DNA of 49,941 nt from Synechococcus sp. Lineage in GTDB: Bacteria; Cyanobacteriota; Cyanobacteriia; Thermostichales; PCC-7336. Below the pieces are notes generated by a model that was given only the letters and a program-made list of their open reading frames with translations, did no database searches and was not told where the DNA came from. A program made the translations under genes and the position numbers. Below, one piece after another: positions 36,699 to 44,670 of this stretch. How positions within the stretch are numbered: the first letter of the stretch is position 1; each line of letters begins with the position of its first letter. The stretch covers positions 1-49,941 of the forward strand of contig JBFRWN010000128.1 in NCBI GenBank assembly GCA_051439605.1, read 5' to 3'.

Positions 36699-38168
36699 CT
36701 AGAACAACTCCGCCCCTTTTAATTTCTCAACATTGTACATCTTGGCATTTTCTCCACAGGTGCGCGGGGTGGGGAAGATTTTGTCAGGATTTGCCAGACC
36801 CTTTGGGTTGAATGCCGACCTCACCCATTGCATGGTGTCGAGGTCTGCGGGGGTAAACATCTCCGGCATGTAGCATCGCTTGTCAGCCCCAATGCCATGC
36901 TCTCCTGAAATGCTGCCCCCCACTGAGACGCATAGCTTAAGGATTTCCCCCCCCAGTGCCTCAACCGCTTCCAGTGCGCCGGGTTCAGAATTGTTGTACA
37001 GGATGAGAGGGTGGAGGTTGCCATCTCCAGCGTGGAAGACGTTTGCTACCGGGTAGCCGTGCTTTTGGCTTAATTCTTCGATACTGTTCAGCACCTGCGG
37101 CAGTTTCGTGCGGGGAATCACACCGTCTTGGACGTAGTAAGCGGGGCTGAGTTTTCCCATGGCGGCAAAGGCCGCCTTGCGTCCCTTCCACAGCCGCAGC
37201 CGTTCTTCGGGGTCGGTAGCAGATGTCACGTTGCGAGCACCATTTTTGCGGCAGATTTCTGCAACGCGATCGCTATTGGCGTCCACTTCGACTTCCAACC
37301 CATCTAGCTCTACCAAAAGGATGGCCGCCGCATCGCGGGGGTAACAGTCGGTTTTTACCACGTCCTCTACAGCGTTAATGCTGAAATTGTCCATCATCTC
37401 CATACCGCCGGGGATAATGCCAGCCCCAATGATGTCAGACACGCTGGCCCCTGCTGCTTCTACGCTCGAGAAATCCGCCAACAGTACCCGAACGGACTCC
37501 GGCTGCTTGAGTATGCGCAGGGTAATTTCGGTGGCAATGCCCAGGGTGCCTTCAGACCCCACAAAGATCCCCGTCAGGTCGTAGCCAGGCATCTCTCCAA
37601 CCGCCCCCCCCGTCTCCACAATCTCCCCTGTGGGCAGCACCAGCTTTAGGCCCAGGACGTGATTGGTGGTGACGCCATATTTGAGGCAATGCACCCCCCC
37701 CGAGTTTTCTGCTACGTTGCCGCCGATGGAACAGATAATCTGGCTGGAAGGGTCTGGGGCGTAATAGAAGCCATCACCGCTGACCGCTTGCGTGACCCAA
37801 TGATTGATTACCCCAGGCTGCACCACTATGCGTTGGTTATCGATGTCAATGCTGAGGATTTGCTGCATGCGGGCGGTGGAGATCAGCACGCTGTCTTCCA
37901 CTGGAAGTGCTCCCCCCGACAGCCCGGTGCCAGAGCCACGGGCCACAAAAGGAACGTTGTGGCGATCGCAGATCTTTACTGTTGCAGCCACTTCTTCTGT
38001 GGTGCGAGGAAACACCACCGCAGCAGGAGGCTGGCGGTAGCTGGTCAGCCCGTCACACTCGTAAACCAGTAATTCTTCTTTGTGCTTCACTACTTGTTGA
38101 GGACTGGTCGCCTGTTCGAGCTGCTGCACGATTGCCGGCCAGTTACAAGTGGGGGTCGCTACAGTCAT
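36699..38168 (-). CDS. glcD: Glycolate oxidase/dehydrogenase subunit D
   Basis: ARGSGTGLSGG, PDPSSQ, NSGGVHCLKYG, HAGDGNLHP, GEHGIG. Confidence 0.93.
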   Translation of the reverse strand: MTVATPTCNWPAIVQQLEQATSPQQVVKHKEELLVYECDGLTSYRQPPAAVVFPRTTEEVAATVKICDRHNVPFVARGSGTGLSGGALPVEDSVLISTARMQQILSIDIDNQRIVVQPGVINHWVTQAVSGDGFYYAPDPSSQIICSIGGNVAENSGGVHCLKYGVTTNHVLGLKLVLPTGEIVETGGAVGEMPGYDLTGIFVGSEGTLGIATEITLRILKQPESVRVLLADFSSVEAAGASVSDIIGAGIIPGGMEMMDNFSINAVEDVVKTDCYPRDAAAILLVELDGLEVEVDANSDRVAEICRKNGARNVTSATDPEERLRLWKGRKAAFAAMGKLSPAYYVQDGVIPRTKLPQVLNSIEELSQKHGYPVANVFHAGDGNLHPLILYNNSEPGALEAVEALGGEILKLCVSVGGSISGEHGIGADKRCYMPEMFTPADLDTMQWVRSAFNPKGLANPDKIFPTPRTCGENAKMYNVEKLKGAELF

Positions 38169-38217
38169 CAGAACAAGGGAGAAAAAGGCTTGTCCTGATG
38201 GTAGCGCAGCGGACTCC

Positions 38218-39327
38218 CTAAGCCGCTAGGGCATCCAACGTTGGATAGTCGGTATAGCCCTCGGCTCCGCCACCATAATAGGTTCCTGGATTGGGAGCAT
38301 TGAGTGGAGCATCTAATTGGAAGCGCTGAGGCAAATCGGGATTGGCGATGAACGATTGACCGTAGGCCACCAGATCCACCTTGCCCGAAGCGATCGCCTC
38401 ATTACCCTTTTGCTTGTCGTAGCCGCCGTTGGTCATCACCAAGCCATTGAAGATATTGCGGTAGCGACCGGCGGGGATAAACTGGCCGCCGTAGCGGATA
38501 TCCGCTGCATCGGATTCTTTAATGTGGAGATAGGCCAGGTTAAATGTGTTGAGAGCGGCGGTGGCGTAGTCGAAGGTGACGATGGGATCGGAGTCGAGGG
38601 CATCGTTGAAGGTGCCGCCGGGGGAAAAGCGCACTCCCACACGATCTCCACCCCACACATCTACCACTGCCTGAGTGACCTGTAGCAGCAATCGGGTGCG
38701 ATTTTCTAAAGAGCCACCATAGCGATCGCTGCGCTTGTTGCTGCCATCCCGCAAAAATTGATCGAGCAGATAGCCATTCGCGCTGTGCACCTCGACACCA
38801 TCGAACCCAGCCGCTGCAGCATTTTCTGCAGCCTTGCGATAATCCCGAACGATCTCTGGAAGCTCGTCTAATTCCAGTGCTCGGGGGACAACAAAATCTT
38901 GCATCCCCTGGTAGGTCATCGCTTGCCCGGTGGAGGGGACGATCGCCGAGGGGGCTACAGGGAGCTGCCCATTGGGTTGCAGCGAAGGATGAGAGATGCG
39001 ACCCACATGCCACAACTGCAGGAAAATATGCCCACCCTGCTCGTGGACGGCATCTGTAACGATCTTCCAGCCATCCACCTGTTCGGCGGAATGGATGCCG
39101 GGAGTTCTGGGGTAACCCACCCCTTGGGGGGAGATTTGCGAGGCTTCCGTGATGATGAGTCCAGCGCTGGCCCGCTGCCGATAGTAGTTTGCATTCAGTG
39201 TGTGGGGAACATTGCCCTCACCGGCGCGATTGCGGGTCAGGGGGGCCATCACCATGCGGTTGGGGAGTTCGTAGGGGCCCAACTGGATAGGGGAGAGAAC
39301 GGGGATTGAGGAATCGGAAATCGTCAT
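38218..39327 (-). CDS. Old yellow enzyme-family alkene reductase (NemA-like)
   Basis: MAPLTRNRA, QLWHVGR, EVHSANGYLLDQFL, ANPDLP, GYTDYP. Confidence 0.93.
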   Translation of the reverse strand: MTISDSSIPVLSPIQLGPYELPNRMVMAPLTRNRAGEGNVPHTLNANYYRQRASAGLIITEASQISPQGVGYPRTPGIHSAEQVDGWKIVTDAVHEQGGHIFLQLWHVGRISHPSLQPNGQLPVAPSAIVPSTGQAMTYQGMQDFVVPRALELDELPEIVRDYRKAAENAAAAGFDGVEVHSANGYLLDQFLRDGSNKRSDRYGGSLENRTRLLLQVTQAVVDVWGGDRVGVRFSPGGTFNDALDSDPIVTFDYATAALNTFNLAYLHIKESDAADIRYGGQFIPAGRYRNIFNGLVMTNGGYDKQKGNEAIASGKVDLVAYGQSFIANPDLPQRFQLDAPLNAPNPGTYYGGGAEGYTDYPTLDALAA

Positions 39328-39542
39328 TGCATCGAGCTCCAAAAGGAATGAGGGGGATCGAACAAAGGGTTGTTACAGGGGCACCCGAAGGGGCACCTGA
39401 ATAGGTACCGAAGCAGTTCGGTCAGTAGCATCTTGGAGGGGGGGAGGAAAGTCTCGGTTGAAGTAAGGAAGAGAGTATGGGGTCGAGATCGCGAACAATA
39501 CTCAGCGTGTATGACCCCAGAGTTGTTGTTGAGGGAAAGTGG

Positions 39543-39887
39543 TTAGGACACCGTGGAGGTGTCGGTATGTGTTGCAAGCTTTTCTGCCAGGGTTGATTTG
39601 GGAACCACCCCTTGGATGCGATCCACCACTTGTCCATCTCGGAACAGAAGTAGGGTTGGAATGCTGCGGATGCCGAACTGCCTTGCGGTATCGGCACTAT
39701 CGTCCACGTTGACCTTGACGATTTTCACCTGACCCTCGAACTCTTCTGCCAGTTCGGTCAGGGCAGGGGCGATCGCTCGGCAGGGGCCGCACCAGGGAGC
39801 CCAAAAGTCCACCAGAACGGGTTCGGTGTTGGTTAGGACCTCTTCGGCAAAGGTTTCGGACGAAATGTTGGTGATGAGATCGGACAT
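39543..39887 (-). CDS. trxA: Thioredoxin
   Basis: DFWAPWCGPC, SIPTL; GGAGG RBS. Confidence 0.93.
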   Translation of the reverse strand: MSDLITNISSETFAEEVLTNTEPVLVDFWAPWCGPCRAIAPALTELAEEFEGQVKIVKVNVDDSADTARQFGIRSIPTLLLFRDGQVVDRIQGVVPKSTLAEKLATHTDTSTVS

Positions 39888-40013
39888 AGCACTGTCCTCC
39901 AAATGGTGAATAGAGTGTCGCTGAAGCGGTGGTAGGGAAGATGCCCTCTTAAAGGTCTTAGCCTGAAACTCAGCAGGAATGGGGGCAACACACGATCTTT
40001 TTTGTAGTGCTAT

Positions 40014-40694
40014 CTAGGCAGAGGGTGGTGTGTGAGGCACTGAATGGGTATTGAGGTGTTTTAGAGTTGCTAGGATATCGACTGGATCTAAGCGTTTGGT
40101 GTAGTCAGCATCGACAAAAGCGTGGGCTACGGTTCCATCAGAATCAATGACGTAGGTGGCAGCGATCGGTAACTCGAAGGTTTTATTCCCGTTATGGGCG
40201 GGTAAATCGATACCAAAACTGGTGTAGATGGAATGCAGCTGTTCTGGCAATCGAAAGACCAGTCCGTAGCTGCGGGCTACCTCGTTATTGACATCGCTCA
40301 ACACCTCAAAGGTGAGTTCGTGTTTCTCAACGGTGGATAAGGAGTTGTCAGGGGTTTGAGGAGAAACGGCCACCAAGGTGGCCCCCGCTGCCACGATTTC
40401 CGGTAGGGCTTGCTGCAGTGCTCGCAGTTCTAGATTGCAGTAGGGGCACCACTGACCGCGATAGAAGCTGAGCACCACAGGCCCTTTGGCCAACAGCTCA
40501 CTTAAGCGCACCTCTGCCCCAGTGGCATTGGGCAGCACAAAATCGGGGGCGGCGTCCCCTAGCAGAATGGCAGAATCCAAAATGCCGGAGGCTGCAAGGT
40601 TTGCAGTAGCAGTGCTCATGGTGTCACGCACCTCTTGAGGTAGCTTTGAGCGACTGTCCGCCTGTTGTTTGGCCAAGATGTCAGTAAGGCTCAC
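40014..40694 (-). CDS. Peroxiredoxin-like (AhpC/TSA) protein
   Basis: FYRGQWCPYCNLEL, LP.AATYVID. Confidence 0.88.
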   Translation of the reverse strand: MSLTDILAKQQADSRSKLPQEVRDTMSTATANLAASGILDSAILLGDAAPDFVLPNATGAEVRLSELLAKGPVVLSFYRGQWCPYCNLELRALQQALPEIVAAGATLVAVSPQTPDNSLSTVEKHELTFEVLSDVNNEVARSYGLVFRLPEQLHSIYTSFGIDLPAHNGNKTFELPIAATYVIDSDGTVAHAFVDADYTKRLDPVDILATLKHLNTHSVPHTPPSA

Positions 40695-41012
40695 AGGAAC
40701 ATCTCCTACTATTCATACAGATTGTGTTCGGACAATTCGACGCAGGCACAGATTGCAACCCAAGGCACTTTAAAGCTGGCAAGGCCTGCATGAAATTGCA
40801 GTTTAAGGGAAATACTTTAATACTTGCTTGAGTATGATAGTAGCAAGCTAGTATTGCTTAGTCAAGCGTTCGTTTAACTACTGAATACTTCTCTAGTCTT
40901 TGCGACTGTTCTCGCAATAGAGAAATTTGCCTGATTCAACTGTTACGATATCGATCGCTTCAGCGACTGAGTTTTTCATGAGAACTCGCTGATGAATTGC
41001 TTCTTAGGTGTT

Positions 41013-41354
41013 ATGACCTCTCAGCCCGACTGTTTGTCCGATATTTCCGCAAACCTCCCTCCCCTTGATGCCGCCCTGTTTGATTCCACAGAGGCACGCG
41101 CTAAGGTGTTTAATGCGTTAGCCGATCCCACCCGCCTCAAGATTGTGGAGGTCTTGCTTGCGGAAAAGGAACTGAGTAGCACCCAGATTGCCAACCAGCT
41201 AGACATCAGCTTGGCGTTGCTTTGCCATCACTCAAAAATTCTGATGGAAGCAGGAATTTTGCAATTGCGCAAGCAAGGGCAGACGAAATTTCGCTCTGTC
41301 AATCGAGAGCTGTTGCAAGCTTGCTTTACTAGCTTGGACCGGCTGGGAGACTAA
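41013..41354 (+). CDS. ArsR/SmtB-family regulator
   Basis: FNALADPTRLKIVEVL, LCHHSKIL.EAG; divergent from the redox cluster. Confidence 0.88.
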   Translation: MTSQPDCLSDISANLPPLDAALFDSTEARAKVFNALADPTRLKIVEVLLAEKELSSTQIANQLDISLALLCHHSKILMEAGILQLRKQGQTKFRSVNRELLQACFTSLDRLGD

Positions 41355-41453
41355 TGCTGCAGAATAACTGGCCTGCCCCTCTAGCTGGCAAGCGCATTGT
41401 ATAGGGGTCCCTATATTCACGGATAGCCAGTGGTGAATGACTGCTGTGAAGCA

Positions 41454-42146
41454 TTAGCAATGACCCTCTCGCAGAGATGCCAAAACATCGTTGTAGCGAT
41501 CGAACTGTTCTAAATCCCAATAAATATTGGCGGCTTGCTGCCAGTCAGTACAGGCCCCCAACTTATCCCGCAAGTGGTTTCTGGCATCTCCTCTTAAGCG
41601 ATAGGCCGCGGCAAACGAAGGGTTAATGGCGATGGCCTGAGTAGCGTCAAACACTGCCTCGTTCTGCAGACCCAGTTGGGAGTGAGACATGCCTCGACCC
41701 ACATAGTTGGCAGCATCCACCAGAGAGGGACCGGAGCTGAGTTCTAGGGCTTGGGTGTAGTCCGAGATGGCCTCGTGGGGACTTTGGGACGTTAAGTGGG
41801 CAGTGCCGCGTAAAGAAAATCCCTGGGGGTTATTGCCATCCAAGGTAATTGCCTGGGTGTAATAGGCGATCGCCCCCTGGATGTCTCCAGCGCTAAATCG
41901 CGAGCGACCGATGTCGAGGAATCGGTCGTAAGCACTTGAAGAGGCAAGTGTTTGACTATCGGTAAGAGGTTCCCGCAGTTGTTGTTCTAATTCTCTACAT
42001 CGAACGCCAAACTCCTCGTCCACTCGACAGACGGTACCTGTGGGAATCTCTGCATGGCTGCGGGAGACCATCAATCCCAGACCTATAGGGATGAATCCAG
42101 CTATTGCAACCGTCGTCCATGCGATCGCACAACTTCGATATCGCAT
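41454..42146 (-). CDS. Secreted/membrane-anchored TPR protein
   Basis: Hydrophobic leader; repeated AI.DYTQA TPR units. Confidence 0.8.
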   Translation of the reverse strand: MRYRSCAIAWTTVAIAGFIPIGLGLMVSRSHAEIPTGTVCRVDEEFGVRCRELEQQLREPLTDSQTLASSSAYDRFLDIGRSRFSAGDIQGAIAYYTQAITLDGNNPQGFSLRGTAHLTSQSPHEAISDYTQALELSSGPSLVDAANYVGRGMSHSQLGLQNEAVFDATQAIAINPSFAAAYRLRGDARNHLRDKLGACTDWQQAANIYWDLEQFDRYNDVLASLREGHC

Positions 42147-42386
42147 GATTATCCTCCGCGCATAGACTTAAGATATCTCTGTTTGTTGAAGATCGAGCAT
42201 ATTTTGTATGAGGATTTAATGATGAATTAACTCAATGCTGATTGAAGCAAATCGAGGGTGTGAATGGTAAAGATCGAGGTTAGCGGTTTTTGCCTGGTTA
42301 ATTTAAATGATGACCGTAGACACTTTACTCAATCACGGTCAAGGGCTTATGAACTGTCTACATTGGCTGGACGACTTATATTGAAA

Positions 42387-43034
42387 TTAGTTATGGGGAT
42401 GGTTGCGAGATTTGGCGCTGGCAACTTCTATGGCAACTGATGAGGAAATTCGAGGGCTGCTAACTTTCCACAACGATTCGCGTCCTTGGCGACCTGCCCG
42501 GCTAAACGACCAGGATTGCCATTGGCAATCTCCCGCCGCTTTAGCTCGCGATAGTAACGTGCTGGGCTTGAGCCCCGTTATCTTGCAAACTTGCCCAGTG
42601 GTCAGCAACCAAAGGCGGGCGGCACAATCATCTAAAAACTCAAATCTCTGTCGCATTTGAGGGATTGACAGCGAGTCCTCAATCTCCTCGTCTGAGGAGT
42701 AAGCTTGGGTAGGAAGGAGGGCGGCATGCGGCGAAATCGATTGCTGGGGAGGAACCTGCAGTTGATTTCCTTGCTGGGGGGACAGGTCTTGATTGGGAAT
42801 AATATCGGGCAGCATTGTGCCCGGGAAGTTGTCAATTCTTCCCCCAGCGATCAGGTGGCGGTGCAGGGCATCTAAGAGGGAAATATCTTTCTCGTCCACT
42901 TGAGCGTGGCGATCGACGGCATCCGCACTAGGGATAATCTGAATATTTAGGGTCTCCAACCAAAGATTCAGCTCTTCTAGATCGATGAGATATCTTTTCT
43001 GCAGTTCCAGCAAAGAATATGGGCTGTTGCTCAT
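42387..43034 (-). CDS. Hypothetical protein, possibly with two HTH-like domains
   Basis: 215-aa ORF; MerR-like N-terminus and WLLTTGQVCKITGL HTH-like C-terminus joined by a P/Q-rich linker. Confidence 0.65.
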   Translation of the reverse strand: MSNSPYSLLELQKRYLIDLEELNLWLETLNIQIIPSADAVDRHAQVDEKDISLLDALHRHLIAGGRIDNFPGTMLPDIIPNQDLSPQQGNQLQVPPQQSISPHAALLPTQAYSSDEEIEDSLSIPQMRQRFEFLDDCAARLWLLTTGQVCKITGLKPSTLLSRAKAAGDCQWQSWSFSRAGRQGRESLWKVSSPRISSSVAIEVASAKSRNHPHN

Positions 43035-43272
43035 GAAATCACCGATAAGATCGCAAGCTACTTCCTTATCATAGGCTTGTCCTTGCTAGGGATTCGGCCC
43101 TCGCAACTAGCGTTCATATACTGTAACGAGAGCGTTTATAAAAAATATCTGTCCCAATATCGAATCGAGACAGACATTCAGCTGAATAAACAAGCTTGCG
43201 ATGGGGGGCTATGGTTTAGCACGAGAATCCCTTGTTGACTGTTAAAAGGACACGTACTTTCGGCAAAACACT

Positions 43273-43539
43273 CTAATGAGCAACACTGATTTGCCTCAGA
43301 GATTCAAGTGTGCGCTTAAATCTTTGGGAATTTTGCTTGGGTCCATTAGCCGTGCGCTGTTTGTTCGCAGCAAGCTTGTGCCCGCGATACTGGGCGTCAG
43401 CGTAAGCAGAGGGAGCAGGTTGACTTAAATCGGTCTCTTCAAACGCATGCCCGCGAAAGTAAGGCTGCGCCTGTGTAGGAAACACGGATTGAGTCAATCC
43501 CTCGAGATCGTAGGATATTCCGCGGTAAAAAGCTTTCAT
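43273..43539 (-). CDS. DUF4278-domain small protein
   Basis: MKAFYRGISY start with three [YF]RG repeats; GGAGG RBS; downstream of a glutamine riboswitch. Confidence 0.82.
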   Translation of the reverse strand: MKAFYRGISYDLEGLTQSVFPTQAQPYFRGHAFEETDLSQPAPSAYADAQYRGHKLAANKQRTANGPKQNSQRFKRTLESLRQISVAH

Positions 43540-43583
43540 GGTTCGCCTCCAAAACGTTGTGTAAGGTTTTCCAACGGACAATG

Positions 43584-43645
43584 AGGCGCGTTCCTTCGGG
43601 AGAAAATCCCTACTTCCGTCTCCTCAGAAGGGGAGATGAACGAAT
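43584..43645 (-). promoter_or_regulatory. Glutamine riboswitch (glnA RNA motif, class I)
   Basis: P1 CGUUC/GAACG, P2 UCUCC/GGAGA, GGA-AGUA...GAA E-loop, P3 GGGA/UCCC, followed by CGCC. Confidence 0.9.
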
Positions 43646-43651
43646 ATTTCT

Positions 43652-43665
43652 GTATTAATTATCAC
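43652..43665 (-). promoter_or_regulatory. Putative NtcA site overlapping the -10/TSS region
   Basis: TGTG-ATAATTAA-TACA (GTG-N8-TAC variant) just 5' of the riboswitch, overlapping a GATAAT -10-like hexamer. Confidence 0.6.
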
Positions 43666-43764
43666 ATTTTTAATATCTTCAGTCAATTGCCCTGGGAATC
43701 AGGGTCAGGGCTGCTGATTTGAGCATCCAGTCCGAGCTATGCAACCTCGATAATTAACAAGCGG

Positions 43765-44430
43765 TTAACTATCATCTGAACTCCAAGGATTGTCATCAAC
43801 ATCTACTACATATAAATCTGTGTCTACATCGCCCTCATCTGTATCAAACTCGTCTAGGATTTCGTAGTCATCACTATCTGTTTCGTATGAATCTAAATTC
43901 CTATACTCTTCACTTTCGATTCCATACGTATCTAAGTTTTCATAAGTATCACTTTCCTCTAACACTTCAATCCCATTTATCGTCATAGTCTCCACACTTT
44001 TTCTTTGAGTATCAGTGACCGATACCTTGATTCCTACTTCAGATTCATGCCTGTGTTCGGGGAAGAAGGTTTCGAGGAAGAAGTCTCTTGTTTGTTGATG
44101 AATCCAACCTCGCATAACCGCAAGGGAGCCAAGACGAACGTTACATTGACGCTGCTCCCTCAGTAGTTCATCCACCTGTTCTTGGGTCAAAAGGTTAGCA
44201 AGCGTGAGATATTCTCCAAATCGCAGCTTGTAAGGTGCTCGGATGAGTTCTGGAAGCCTATCGACAAAAAAGTCGATGGTCTCTTTACAGGTCCATCCTC
44301 GCATTACTAAGATGTCGTCGATTCTATAAATACCTTCGTACAAGCACTCATCTTGAAGTGCAACCTGAACCTGCGCGTCAGAAAGCAAGCCTGCTTTGAC
44401 AAGAAGCTCACCTACTCTTAAGCTGCTCAT
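43765..44430 (-). CDS. Stand-alone MshEN-repeat protein with acidic tail (paralogue of 24979..25584)
   Basis: RVGELLVKAGLLSDAQVQVAL, RFGEYL..LLREQ, RLGSLAVMRGW. Confidence 0.7.
   Translation of the reverse strand: MSSLRVGELLVKAGLLSDAQVQVALQDECLYEGIYRIDDILVMRGWTCKETIDFFVDRLPELIRAPYKLRFGEYLTLANLLTQEQVDELLREQRQCNVRLGSLAVMRGWIHQQTRDFFLETFFPEHRHESEVGIKVSVTDTQRKSVETMTINGIEVLEESDTYENLDTYGIESEEYRNLDSYETDSDDYEILDEFDTDEGDVDTDLYVVDVDDNPWSSDDS
43837..43953. repeat. Three degenerate 39-bp in-frame tandem repeats
   Basis: Units at 43837, 43876 and 43915 each end in TCACT; they encode YENLDTYGIESEE / YRNLDSYETDSDD / YEILDEFDTDEGD. Confidence 0.7.
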
Positions 44431-44670
44431 TCTTTAAAGAATAGGAAACAATATGCGTCCTATAGTATCCGCCTCAAAACAATCTAATCAGTTATTGACT
44501 TCGCAATGAAGTCTGTAGACGCTCGGTATTACTAATTCCTATGGCTGTAAGTTGAACGTGAGGGTTGAGATTACAAAACACTACATCCACTCCCCCTCGA
44601 TTGCGTTTCACCTACCCTGTGGTCATCACCTGCTCGAGATAGACTCCATCGGTCTGAGGAAGTCGAGAAT

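Noticed and set aside
39377..39412. Short direct repeats AGGGGCACC(C/T)GA between trx and OYE as a possible CRISPR or operator
   Set aside because: Only 2-3 degenerate 12-bp units with no spacers and no cas genes
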